Under the pieces are notes generated by a model. It was not told where the DNA came from and did no database searches. It saw only the letters and a program-made list of their open reading frames with translations. A stretch of 64,000 nt of DNA from Phoronis australis (Eukaryota > Animalia > Phoronida), in assembly GCA_002633005.1 (NCBI GenBank), contig NMRA01000082.1, positions 62,001-126,000 on the forward strand. Reading direction: 5' to 3'. Below, in pieces: positions 36,339 to 48,900 of this stretch (position 1 is its first letter; each line of letters opens with the position of its first letter). Both the position numbers and the translations under genes were made by a program.

Positions 36339-37987
36339 GCATGAATTACACTGTGCATTCTGTGGGGCACCTATATTTTGAAAAAATGAAAGAAGTCCTC
36401 GTTTACGGCTGTCAGTAGTTTGAGCATGTCTTAAAAACTGTCAAAAATCACGTCTAACGGTCTAATCTACACAGCTGATGTCACACTCAGGTTTCATGAA
36501 TAGTGATGTCCCAATAATGATCTTCAAAAGAAATACCTTTTTCATTTTTCCCATTATCAGCATTGCTCGCTCGCAGGTGTCTTCAAGCTTTCTAATATTT
36601 CATTCTTCTGATCCTCTTAATCTTCTGATATGTTTTTTACACCCACCCGTACATTTAATCTTGGTTGTTGGGATCGATTGTCTTGATGCTAATACGGTCA
36701 TTGAAAGTGCTGTGTGATTTCACTGGGCATGTGGAAATTACATGTATATTTGCTCCCTGTGTGAATGGTTGACACACTGTTTTGCTTTGTTTAGCCTAAT
36801 TTATCTCTCTTCTAAACATTGTCGCTACGCCATCTGCAGTGTTTTTCACGTGATTTCCTTTGGAAGCTGTGCTGCTAAACATTTCTTCTTCTTGGCTCGA
36901 GCTATTCATAATTTTGTCCTTTTACACACATGCACTTTTACGCGCGCACACCGAGTTAGTCCCATCGCTAAATAACTTCCCCAGGAAGATAATGGATTAA
37001 ACTAACACTGGGCGAGGCAAAGGAAGTTCGAATTTCAAAAAATTTTACATTTTCGCTTCAAATTTTAAAATTAACTTTAACTGGATCGCCGAGTAGATAC
37101 AACGGTGACGGGTGAGAATTGACGCTTGTATTTATTCAACCAATTGCGTGTCATACGGCCAGCTCGCCGGCTGCATGCTGCTTGAATTTTCGGTTAATGT
37201 ATAACAAGATATCGAATCAAGTGGTAATGAAATAACGACGGGAAACATCCAAAGAATTGAGACGCTCTGTCCTGAATTATCAAGTCGTGAGCGAGGAGTT
37301 TACACCACGGATCCGAAGCGGGAATTGGAACGACACTCGCTTTTAATAGAAACTGGGTTAAGCGAAGACCGACGTCTGTGCACACAAACGTTGCCGAGTC
37401 GGAAATACCAAATTAGTCAGGTTTCTTTACAAGTTAAACGTGAAATTAAATTTGTTTGAGTTCGACCGCAAGAAAGATTATGCCTGCAAACGTCGTTTCA
37501 ATCAAATATAATTCATAATTGGATGAAGTGAATAATTTACAATAAGGCCTTATTTCGATGACCGCTGCATTAAGAAAACACCACAGTACGCTGTACGTGT
37601 ACCAAGTCCCTATACTGTCAAGACAAAATTATTTCCTTTTTTCGATGAACTTCCCTTTCCTCAGATTCAAGGAGTCCCATTAGTTTCAGTACGCTCGCCA
37701 ATTAGATAATTGCTAGAATGTTATCGATAATCTAATATGAGAGGAATGCTATATTTAATATCATATTTTTACCGTTGATAATAATACCACAGTCACGACT
37801 ATCCATGAACACTAATGATAATTAATTACGCATCAGGTTGTAGTTGAACGTTGTCCATTGCCATGCTTTTGTAAATTGGAAACATTCACTATAGGATTAT
37901 CAAATTTTCTAGGTTATGGCTGATTTGAAGTGGTGACGAATTAATGTGGACGCGTCCCGAAAGGCAAATAGTGTTATGATATGGAAA

Positions 37988-38049
37988 TGGAGTACCAAGA
38001 AACGTCAGTGACTGGAATTGGAGTACCAAGAAATGGCAGTGACTGAAAT
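37988..38049. repeat. 31-bp tandem repeat x2
   Basis: tggagtaccaagaaacgtcagtgactggaat / tggagtaccaagaaatggcagtgactgaaat. Confidence 0.75.
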
Positions 38050-40369
38050 CGTGCATTCGAAAGTGCAAGGTCTCCATGAAGGCGCCGGCTGTAACATATT
38101 GGCTTCAACAGTACATACGGGTACTTTGATAGGCGTGAGTAGGAAAACATCGCCTGGAGTCAACCGAATTTTTCAATGACGGAAATTGAGAACAAATTTT
38201 GCTAATACAGGACAATCTCCGACATAGAGTGAAATAGGGAAACGATTACAATTCTAGTAAATTTGGGTAATTCCGTGTTCCTTTAACAACTAGGTTGGCC
38301 TTTTCCCCTCCGGGATGCGCCTTTCTCAAATTTTGAAAGGGCGGCGACATGTCGAAGGTATGCTTTGAGGTATTCTAATGACTCCCAGTCTCAACCGTTT
38401 CTCGGTGTTCATTCAGGTTTTTAACGCGAGTACGAGGTTTGACTTTGATCGTCTCAAGAATTTTGACCCTGAGATCACTTGCTATCGGTAACAATCGACA
38501 AGTTGTGATCGTTACGGGCTATTGAGGCAAGTTCGGTGGCATCTGCTCAAACTATTTATCAACGTAAATGGGCGCAAAAAAGCACAGATCAGCATTACGA
38601 CTCCGAAATGAGACCATTACCAGGTTAAACCTTTGGTCTTGTACTGTTGCTTAGTGAGAACAATTTGTCCAAACCTAGTTGGCGAGTCGCATTTCCAATA
38701 TCTAGTTTCAGGCTTGAGTTACAAATCAGCCTTGGTAACCGTTGCCCAATATTGGCTAAGCAAGACTAATATTTGCCAGTATTAAATTATTATTTACTCG
38801 TGTGTTTTTCGGAATAATGGTTCTTAGAAGCAGTCATTCAAGCTTGGTCTTTTTACGATGTATACAAATAACATGAAGGAGCTTTATCGTGATGATAGTT
38901 TTCAGCCTGAGAATTAAAGCTGTCGTGTACTGAATTATGCGGCGGCCGCCAGGGAATAAAATATTTTTCTTCACTTCAACGTGGCATTATTGGGCTTCCG
39001 TAGCCATGAATCTGGCTTCTGACAGATGAGCAAACTACGAGCGAAGCACGTGCTCACAGTACTGAGCTTCCGCGAGATTATCGCCTCCAAGGAACGCACG
39101 CCTGGTTTCAGATATAATGTAAATTCTGGGACTTTGACTAACTGGCAAAGTAGTTCGGTACGATTGTTGTAATCGGACACGAACTCTTAATTTTGACATT
39201 TTTAAATTAGTTCTAGTGTAATACGAAATCAAGATAATTGTCTATTTTTCTGAGGTAGTTTATTTTATTTTACGCTTAATCCAAAAGTTTCGCTTTCGGC
39301 AACTTGTGTAAAAGTTCGATATTTCGAATAACAAGATCGAAATTTGGAGCTCAGACTTGAACTTATAGCTCTGAACTAAAGTATGCTTGAGTAGAGAATT
39401 ATAGACACTTATCTTGAGTTCGCGCAAAAGTAGAACGGAAATGTCAAAAATCACTTTGTTTCCAATTACAAACAAGACAAATGATCAAAATCGGCAACGA
39501 AACCTGTTTTCACGCTAAGCCACACAGGGTGTCAAATCTCCAAATATTATACAGTACTCTAAAACAATTTTCTACAACGTTTCTCGTGTTCCTATCAACT
39601 AAAAGGATTATGTTAAGCTTTCAGTTTCACACAAAATTGGAAATAATCGAGAGGGAATTCTGTTTATGCCTTGTAATAGTGATGAAATTATCATTAGGTA
39701 AAATTCACAAACTGAACAATCGACATTTGCCGCTACGCGGAGTGATTGTCTTATTCAACAAGTAGTTCGCTAATTGCACACTAAGAATCAACTTCCGCCT
39801 TACCTTTGCGGCAAGCCGAGGCCTCCCCGCGGTCAAATAGAAACTTAATGCGCATAGGTTAAATAGTTTTGGTTTGCGGTGTAGATTCCAGTAGCTCTAA
39901 TTATCCGTTTGATTGACTGTATGAATAGCCGTATTGCCTTGCATAGCAACCCGTGAATCACATGAGGTTAAAGTATTTGAATATTTTAATTAAAAATATA
40001 TTCAAGTTAGTCTAGCAAGTCATGCTGTTCACTTGTGTACGTACACATGTACACTGTATACGGTAGTGGAAGGTCTAACTTTGAACGTGTGTTTAGAAGT
40101 TGCTTCCTGCCACACGAAATTGAAATGTCTAACTTCCAAACATCTTTTGTTTGACGACAGTGTATCGGTAGGAAAAAAAGATGAACTGGAAAAAAATTAC
40201 GTAAAGCTCTGAGGTCGGAAAAATGACGTGTAGATACAAGAAAATTATTAAATTACCTTTGTCGCCTGTGAACTTTATTGAATCTACCATCACCTCCATA
40301 GTGATTAAAACAGTGATTCGTTGTTTCTCGCATCGTGACACCTTCCTGAGGAGTAGAAGTCTGTCAATA

Positions 40370-40631
40370 CATGCGCGCACCCAGCCTAAAAATGGGGGGC
40401 TCGAATTTTTGAAAATGTGGATATTTTACCAAGATTCATTGGGAACTTTCAGATCTATGGATTGCGCATGCGCCGAATTTTGGTACTTCCTGCCTTTGTA
40501 GTGAACTTTCGTCTCGTTTTCTACTTTTTTCAGAGTTTTTGTTTCTCTGAGACGGACCTTTTTGTCCACTTCGCCAAATTGGAGGGGTCGTTTGACTGAG
40601 ACCCCCGAAGCTCCCCCCGGGTGCGCGCATG
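40370..40631. mobile_element. MITE family B (TIR CATGCGCGCACCC), probably hAT-derived
   Basis: catgcgcgcaccc ... gggtgcgcgcatg; flanking 8-mers tgtcaata / ggtcaatc match at 6 of 8, consistent with an 8-bp TSD. Related copies at 42856-43101 and 53995-54205. Confidence 0.75.
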
Positions 40632-41639
40632 GGTCAATCAAACCAGAGTCGACCGTGGTTTGACTTAAAAACTATTCATTGTCAAATAGCAAAGAACAAT
40701 GCTAATGTTCGTAACATTATTCATACGTGAGTGCGTTGTGATATCTGCTTGATCACCCTAAGAAAAAATGTAAGCTAGTACCATTCATTCTACGTGAATT
40801 CGCCTGCCTTGCCATTGCCAACGCAGAGTGGAAAAAAAGACAGTATATAACTACTTGCAATATACCACCGTGATGCATGAATAATTGTTGCGTGGATACT
40901 TTTTCCAAACATGTGGCCCCTTAGGCGCGGATCCAGAAGAGAGTCTAGGGGATCACTTCTGTACTACTGAAATCGAGGAATATGATCTTCGATCCGCGTC
41001 TTGGTGTGCTATAATGGCACGCGCTTTCTCATGATGGAAATGGTGTCAACAAAAACGTCTACGCGCAGAGTAAACATATCGACAAAAATGTCATTGTTTT
41101 GTGTGTTTTGTTGTGCATTTCTCATACTACACATAGCGAGACGACGTTGGTTTACTTTACTACGTTTCCCCAGCGTGTAACGAGCAAATATATCAAAGGT
41201 ATTTTACATTCTTGATGTTTGTCCACGATCTCGCGTTTGATCGCAGAAATTAGTTCGATCATTTGTCAAACTGTTCGTTGATATTAAGAGCATTCGTGTT
41301 GATTGAGCGTTAAGAAGAGACTGACTGTGTAATCTGTCACGCGTTATGCAGCACGAGAGTGTGCAGTCCATACCCGTGCAAATGTACATGCACGGCTGAA
41401 TGTATATGTACTCGGAAGATGGGGTGATGATTTTGCGGCTACAAAACATCAACTTGTTTTTTCACTTACTTGCACAATTATTTTTGTGATTTAAATGAAA
41501 CTTCTGCCTTCACATCCTGTATTTTGGGGCTTACATCAAATTGCCACAGACAAGTAGCGTAAAGCGACAAATAACATAATTCGGCATCTACTGTTTCAAA
41601 TGTAAAAGGGTGTAACATGTTTTAGGGGTCAAAATGAAG

Positions 41640-42456
41640 GTCAGGTCATATTTTGCTTCTATTGCAAAAGTGTATCTTATTCATAGTGAAAGATTTGAAA
41701 TTTTTAAACCAACTGGTCAAAAACTATAGTTATAGGAGATTGACAAGTATTGCGCTGACGTTGGGTCGAAGTGAAGTCTTCGAGCAAGAATACATGTTGT
41801 AGTCGACAGGTTAAATTCATTTTTGCAAATTTCACTGACGATTTCCAGTCGTCAATGAAAATCAAAATGTCCGTCGGTTACCAAGCACGCGAACTGGACG
41901 AATTTACGTATTATTTCTGCCCCAAGTTGTTCTAGCATCTTCGGTTTAATGACCCACTTGGTACTCACAATTTGCGCTGAATACCCTCGGAAACGGATGA
42001 GTTGGCGGTCATTCAACGAATGGCAAAATAAAAACAAAAACAAAACANGTCAGGTCATATTTTGCTTCTATTGCAAAAGTGTATCTTATTCATAGTGAAA
42101 GATTTGAAATTTTTAAACCAACTGGTCAAAAACTATAGTTATAGGAGATTGACAAGTATTGCGCTGACGTTGGGTCGAAGTGAAGTCTTCGAGCAAGAAT
42201 ACATGTTGTAGTCGACAGGTTAAATTCATTTTTGCAAATTTCACTGACGATTTCCAGTCGTCAATGAAAATCAAAATGTCCGTCGGTTACCAAGCACGCG
42301 AACTGGACGAATTTACGTATTATTTCTGCCCCAAGTCGTTCTAGCATCTTCGGTTTAATGACCCACTTGGTACTCACAATTTGCGCTGAATACCCTTGGA
42401 AACGGATGAGTTGGCGGTCATTCAACAAATGGCACAATAAAAACAAAAACAAAACA
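41640..42456. repeat. Near-identical tandem duplication (41640-42047 / 42049-42456) joined by a single N; probable assembly overlap
   Basis: Copies differ by only a few substitutions; N at 42048. Confidence 0.9.
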
Positions 42457-42855
42457 AAAACAAAACAAAAATCCAAGCCATTTAAAAAAGAGCCCTCCGT
42501 GAACTAAGAATTGGACTCGTGTTTGAGTACATTTATTATGGCGTAAACATTCTTTCTCTCCAATGTAAGTTATAATCAAAATAAACAGCTAATTACAAAC
42601 ATTTTTGTAAACGTACGTGACGTCATAATCTACTGGAATTAATTGCACATTAATTTGTGCGCACTCGGGCAAACCCTATGACAACCAACAACATATTATT
42701 TTGACTCAAAGTCCCGGCTTTACTTATTGCCTGAACGGCGATAACACTCTAATGCCAAAAATTGTTGAAGTTTCGAAACTGGTTGAATAGTAATTATCCA
42801 ATGTCCAGGAACGCTCGTCACGTTTGTCCGCAATTACCGTTACCTGACTGAAAGA

Positions 42856-43101
42856 CATGCGCGCACCCAGGGGGTGCTCCGAGCCCCCCCCCCCTCCCCA
42901 TGTGGCGAAGTGGACAAAAGGTCCGCGTCTAAGAAACAAAAAGCCCCAGAAAATGAGACAAGTCCACTAAACAAGCACAAACTCGCAATTCACAGCGGTG
43001 CCCCGTTGTTTTTAGTCCGCCCGCTTTTTTGTTACCAAAAGGTCCACAACGTCAGGAATTCGAGCCCCCCCCCCCCATATTGAAGGCTGGGTGCGCGCAT
43101 G
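42856..43101. mobile_element. MITE family B copy, opposite orientation to 40370-40631
   Basis: catgcgcgcacccag ... ctgggtgcgcgcatg; internal tggcgaagtggacaaaa is the reverse complement of ttttgtccacttcgcca in the first copy. Confidence 0.75.
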
Positions 43102-44622
43102 CTACATCGAATTCTTCGATAGCGTATCAGTGGAAATAAATCTACATTATTCTGCCTGTGTTCTTCATTTTTACCCTTGCTGTGGAATTCTTCCACTAAA
43201 GAAGTTGGTTCGTCCACATACCGCGATATCCGAAACACCTCAGGTATTTTCCTACCCTCAGTTTAGCTAGGACATGTTTCCAGTCTACGCATGTGCGAAC
43301 TACAGGAAGTCATGTGGCTCTCAAAACGTAGAATGTACATGTATGTACTATCAGCAGGAGTAAACGTCTCACGCAACACCCATTCTCATTTCTAAGTCTG
43401 CCTCGTGACTTACGGTTCACTCCTGTTTAAACTTGTTTTGAATCTTGACCAATTTCATTTGCAGTAATGGGGGAATTCTGCCCATACGCAGACATGAAAC
43501 AATGCCGAGGAATAATTTGAGGCTACGAAACCCCCCACCCCCTCCCCCATCACCGAAGTGTTCCGGATGCTGTCGCGCATCTTGATCCAAAATTGATCAC
43601 CAAATTGTCCAATTGTCATGTCGGCTTGTGCTGAGGGCGAACAGGTGTGATTTTGCGGTATTGCAACACTGCGTAAGTAAATTAATTTTGAAAAATTAGA
43701 AAACTCATTTACGGGATATTCAAGACGTAGTCTCGCTCACCCATGTCATATTTACTCTTAATATTCACTAAACTCGCAAACGTTGAATAATTTTCAAGTA
43801 ATGCTTTAAGAGACATACGGTGTTCGCTCCTTGAAACCAAATTTCCGCTGGCCCAACTTAATTAGCATTGGTCATCATAGGTCACAGCGGCATCAATTAA
43901 GTGCTTGCTGGACGTTTCGGAAGATTTAAGTTTCAGAACAGGACAGGAGATTAAAATAGTCAGTCTGAAAAAAGACATCTCGGACACGTGGCCGCTTGGA
44001 GCGTTGATTAAATACACGCCAGAATATCTCAATTAGCAATTCGAACCATACGATAGCGGCGTTCGTATGATAATAATTTCGGGTTCGAAATACCCAGCAG
44101 GAGGGAATTCCGGCAAATTTGTTTGTAATGGATCATTTCCGTGTTACAAAAAGCGCAGCTGTCTGGATAATTCAAGACAAGGATTCTCTCGAGAAATACC
44201 TGGCTGAAATTTTGAATTTTTTGCTTCCACCCAAAAGATGAAAGCTGGATTATTAAGAATGGCGTGAAGACCTAATTATGATATCCGAAGGAGGCATCTA
44301 CTCGCGAAGAAACCTATTAGTCGCTTTCATAGTATGGCTTGTATTTAATTGTACTATTTTTCAAAACTCGTGTGCCTAACAAAATTCGCCTTCTTCGCCA
44401 GCAAATGCGTTCACCAGTTCTCGAAGTTGCGAGCAAAATTCGAAACACTGTGCTATTTAATTACACAAAAGTGTCCAAACTAACTTCGCAGCAAAATGCT
44501 TTTCAGATTTTTTTCTTGAGCTCTCGAGTTTTATTTTGGCTAAAGGTTAATTAGACTGGACTATCCAAACCCTGGGTTGCCATTTCGCGCAGTTGCTAAG
44601 TATGTACAGAACGCGCACAGTT

Positions 44623-44636
44623 GTCGCTATGGTAAC
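44623..44636. promoter_or_regulatory. RFX X-box-like motif GTCGCTATGGTAAC
   Basis: Matches the X-box pattern GTNNYYATRRNAAC; half-sites gttgcc and gttgct lie just upstream and a YY1-like aacatggcg at about 44716. Confidence 0.4.
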
Positions 44637-45590
44637 GAATTCATGGCATAAGTTTCACGAACAACATATGCGGCACCAAGGAGATTCAAACTCGCCCCGA
44701 AGCGCTAAATTTCAGAACATGGCGACGTGAAGTGCCGGAGAGTCTAGATTATTTTGAAGAAATGTACCGCATTATTTTGTCAAGATATCAACGAGCAAAC
44801 CAAAAAATGCCTAAAAAGTGTTTCAGTATTTTCCCAAGAAACTTAATCGCTGAGTATTCCGAGAATAAAAGCGTTACAAAAGTGTTTTTGAGGTTGAAAA
44901 GTTACTTATGTATACTGTGTTTGCAATGTAACAACGTCTTTTCCGAACCCTCGCGGCACACCTAAATCACTATACCAAACTAGTGGGGTCTTTTTCTTGC
45001 GCTGTTATGTTTAGCCGGAGGGGGTGGTAAGGACTAAATGCGTATGTATTACTTCAGGTGCACGACTAAAATAGACATCAAGCTGGATTTGAAATTTCGA
45101 CGCCACGACCTGACATTCTGTGATCGACACAGTCCCCTCAGGACGTATTGCGGTTTCCCAACTTTGGCATGTTTATCGAAGAACTAAAGAAACTGAATAG
45201 TTGAATGCCTCGTTATTTGCCAATCTGCCCAAAAACAATGCCCAAATTATACGTGTTGTACTCGCCTTTTCCGTGCACTAGAATAGTTTGTATAGTTTTA
45301 TGATCATCGTTAAAATAGGACGTACGAGAATATGTCAGAGGGTTTTGTTTTGTTTTAAAACGGGATAACTTAAAAAGTGGAAACGGTGTGGGTTCGCATT
45401 TTTAAAATTCAGGCGAGTCTGTTACTTAAGTATAACTGTCACAATGTTTGAAAATTTAAGTGGCAAACGGGTAAACCAGAAACATTGTTTTATTGTACGG
45501 TGGAAACGCATTAGTAAGTGTTTAATTTATAAGTGTAGGACGAACGTGTCAAAACGGTTTTTCCAGATTCTGCTATGTCCGAAAAAATGA

Positions 45591-45832
45591 CCAATGGGAC
45601 GCCGATTCCTGACGCCCGTGCCAGAGGAGGGAATTTTCGACCAATCAAACGTCGTCTTTCTGGCACCCTGCGCGAAAACAAGACCATACATTCAAGCCGC
45701 CGGTATGTATATGTCAGCGAAACTATTCCAAACTCGCCCCCGTTTCTATCGTTTTTACGAGTCGATGTTTGTTTCCGCCAGGGCTGTCACGGCTGGCTAT
45801 TTAAACACTCGGATGGGCTAGGCGGCTCATTG
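45591..45832 (+). promoter_or_regulatory. Core promoter of the VWA gene (CCAAT x2, TATA, Inr)
   Basis: CCAAT at 45591 and 45641, TATTTAAA at 45798-45805, and Inr-like TCATT with its A at 45829, 31 nt after the TATA start; ATG at 45949. Confidence 0.6.
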
Positions 45833-45948
45833 ATTCGTAAGGACAGATCGAGTTCAGTCAGCGAGGCAAAGACGCGTGCGCATAGTTTGTTAGAGCCGAT
45901 AGGATATACACAGAATTCAACGGAGAGAATCCACATAAAAGACTGAAG

Positions 45949-45999
45949 ATGAGGATTTTATCGTTTTACTTAAACGTTTTCGCCGTTTTCATAGTAACG
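45949..45999 (+). CDS. VWA gene coding exon 1 (signal peptide start)
   Basis: aagATG MRILSFYLNVFAVFIVT|GTAAGT, phase 0, downstream of TATA/Inr. Confidence 0.72.
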
Positions 46000-48900
46000 G
46001 TAAGTTTTTATTCTTCTGTTCGGTTAGTGTGAAATGATGCACACCTGTTATCGCGTTAAATATTTAAGGTGACTCGAGGGTAAAAAAGGCTTGAATGCAC
46101 AGGTGTCTGTGACCAGAACAAGGAAATATAAACACAGCCGCATTGGCAGGTTGAAGGAGGAATTGTTGATAAAGCACTAGAGGTGGGTAATATTCGCTCG
46201 TTTTAGGTCGTAAAACTTGAGAATCATTACCACGCTTTACGGAAAAGAAATATGATCGAATAGGGGTTGTCCTTGAAAGATGGCAAAAAACAAACGGATT
46301 CTATTTTCAACTACTGGCACGTTCTGGTGTATGATTGATGAGGTCGAAGTAAATATTTAACTTAATTTTGGTATCACGCACATACCTGTTATACATGTAT
46401 TTTGTCTTTAATGGGACAACAACAGTTAAACCTTGGACCCTTCTCTATCTATGTACCTTCAATAGCTGGCTTTTTTCCAAAGGCTTGACTGAAATTAGTA
46501 AGTTTATAAAATCCGAGAAAAAGCTTAAGATAAGCAAGAGTTTTGTTCATGATAAAGGTATGTCTAAACATATAGATCAATATTAAATGAGAAGCGACCT
46601 TTTGTTTTGGATTTCCCGTAAGCTGCGACCGCAAAACTGCCAGGGCATATGGTTTGGACTGGTAATTGTTATTTTTGTGGATTTAAGAAAACTGAATTTA
46701 AATCAGATTTCATTTGGTGAATTATTCAAGCTCACATCACGTGTCTAGACATTTCGGCGTGTTTTATCGGGAATAAATGGAAGATATGGTCATAACTTCA
46801 CTTCCGTAGTAAACTTTCAACGATAAGGTGCTTGTGTGTACTCCTATAAATTAAATGGCGTGAAATCGACCAAGCGTACATGTACTTCTCCTGGCTCGGA
46901 ATGTGGGTGTAATTTTTCCTAAATATTTTACTCGTGACAACGAATCGATCCCCTTCAACCTGTTATTCGTGCACTTGAATGTATTTCCAGAACGGACCGG
47001 CTTTTATTTTAAAAAAACTTAAGCGTATTTACACTGGTCTCCTATCTATGCGTTAAACAAACTAATTGCTTATGTTAACGTCTGCGAGCAATAAAGCAGG
47101 CGCATTTGTTATGACCGGGTGATTTGAGGTGAGACCTACATGTAGACGAGAGCAAACCCGACAGTTATATAACGGCATTAGGCTCACCCATCGATCATTG
47201 TCGGCCTGAACCGCGTTTGCTAGGCTATTAGGTGACTGCCCGATTCCCAACTCATTGGAAGTAGAAAAAAATTTCCTGAGCAAAAGTGGTCGTCATTTTG
47301 TGGTTTAGATTTCCAGACATATTCCAATTATCTTGTCGGAATTTTCTTCCCTTCGTGATAGATGCAGATCCTATTGGGCTATATGTTTGATAATTTGTTG
47401 ATGTAAAAAAGTTTTCATATCAGCATGATTCACCGAGGTTCCACAAAACTCCCTGCGTTTTTAATTTTAGTGGGTGAGAGTCCACTGTCGTGTCGTTTAC
47501 ATATGCGTGTATGTGTGTACATATATACATAATGTAATATGTATGATGTGACTGACTGAAAACTATTCGGCGCGGAAGTTTTAAGACTGAGTGTGAATAA
47601 CAAGGTTTCAGAGAAGCAGTTTTTACTTTTCTGTTTTTACGACAAAAGGGTTATGTTTTTTATTTGGCTTTATCTAAATTTTATGGATCATTAGCTGCTA
47701 AATAAGTCCTTGGAAAAACAGTATAAGGATTCGTGTTATCTGTAGTTCTTTGTGACGTCACAATAGAAACCAGACTGGCAGCTTGCATTTTCAATTCACA
47801 GGTAAAGGTTTTGGTCATTCAATAAAATAAGGAGTGTCCAATTTTAATGGGTAGTTAAAAAACACAATGTAACCAGCTACTGGTATATTTGGCAATTCAA
47901 ATTCCTTTCTCGTTACTAATTTACATTTAAAAGGCATCCTCTCACGCCTAGATTTGGGCGCGCGTTAACTAACCGGATGAATATCGTGGTGAACTGGTGA
48001 AACATTGCGTAACGGTATGTCGGCCACGTGCTTGTTGCGCGTGTGTAACAATGCGAATGTTTACTAACTGATAACGTGTTATTGCCCTCGTGGTGGCTCG
48101 CCATGTCATTAATGAAATACTACACTGTGGAGAGATTAAACATTTCTAACCACGGCTAGAGGATTAGGAACGGAGATCGTAAACCAATAGACATTTTAAG
48201 CAGAGCTTTACGGTCAAAAGAAGGACAAAAAATAGACGAGGATGAGCGACATCGCAAACAAATCAGGCATTTCCTAAAATGCCAAGTCAATGGGTTTGAT
48301 GAAATATTTTTCTTCTCTCCGGTGCCCGACCTAACACCGCACAAAAGGCTGACGAGTCAGGAGACAAACAATAGATGTCAATAAACCATTAAAACGGGAT
48401 GCTTGAAATAGTTCAGGTATGTCACGTGGTCTTTTAAAACACCTGAATGTCACAAAGTGACACGACAGCGGATTATTAATATCCGCTGTCTCCGTAGGTG
48501 TATAAAAATTCTCGGCAATCCCATATGGCAGAGCGGACCCTCTTTGTTAATCTGCTGGGTTTTTGACGGCCTTATCAGGCTACGATAAGAGTCTCTGGGG
48601 GGCCTGTCAGTGGCCAGAACTTCAAGCACGAAAAGAATAGTTCTTGTGTAGATTATATGCAGCCCGTGCAACCTCACGCGACTACGAGGTGCTAAATTCT
48701 TTTAATACGTGAGCAAACAACACCCTGTCGTTCCTGGCAAATAAAGTGTCGCCTGCCGTTCGACTCAGCATGGTAAAAAAGAAGAAAATGTATGATCGGA
48801 ATTAGAAATGTAAACGAACACGCGCGCGCGATTTGTTGTTTGAGCATAATGAAAAACCGACACAATTCTGCCTTGTACGATCTCACCAATAATGTCAGTC

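Noticed and set aside
44060-44100. gggttcgaaa as a tRNA T-loop
   Set aside because: No acceptor stem, D-arm or anticodon arm could be folded.
18000-45500. Numerous 60-120 aa ORFs in the intergenic region
   Set aside because: Many start at non-ATG codons, none shows domain motifs or consistent splice partners, and many overlap repeats; consistent with random ORFs.
48349-48385. Hammerhead ribozyme-like core ctgacga-gtc-agga-gac-aaac...tgtc
   Set aside because: Lacks the G of the GAAA core and no stem I pairing is possible with the flanks.
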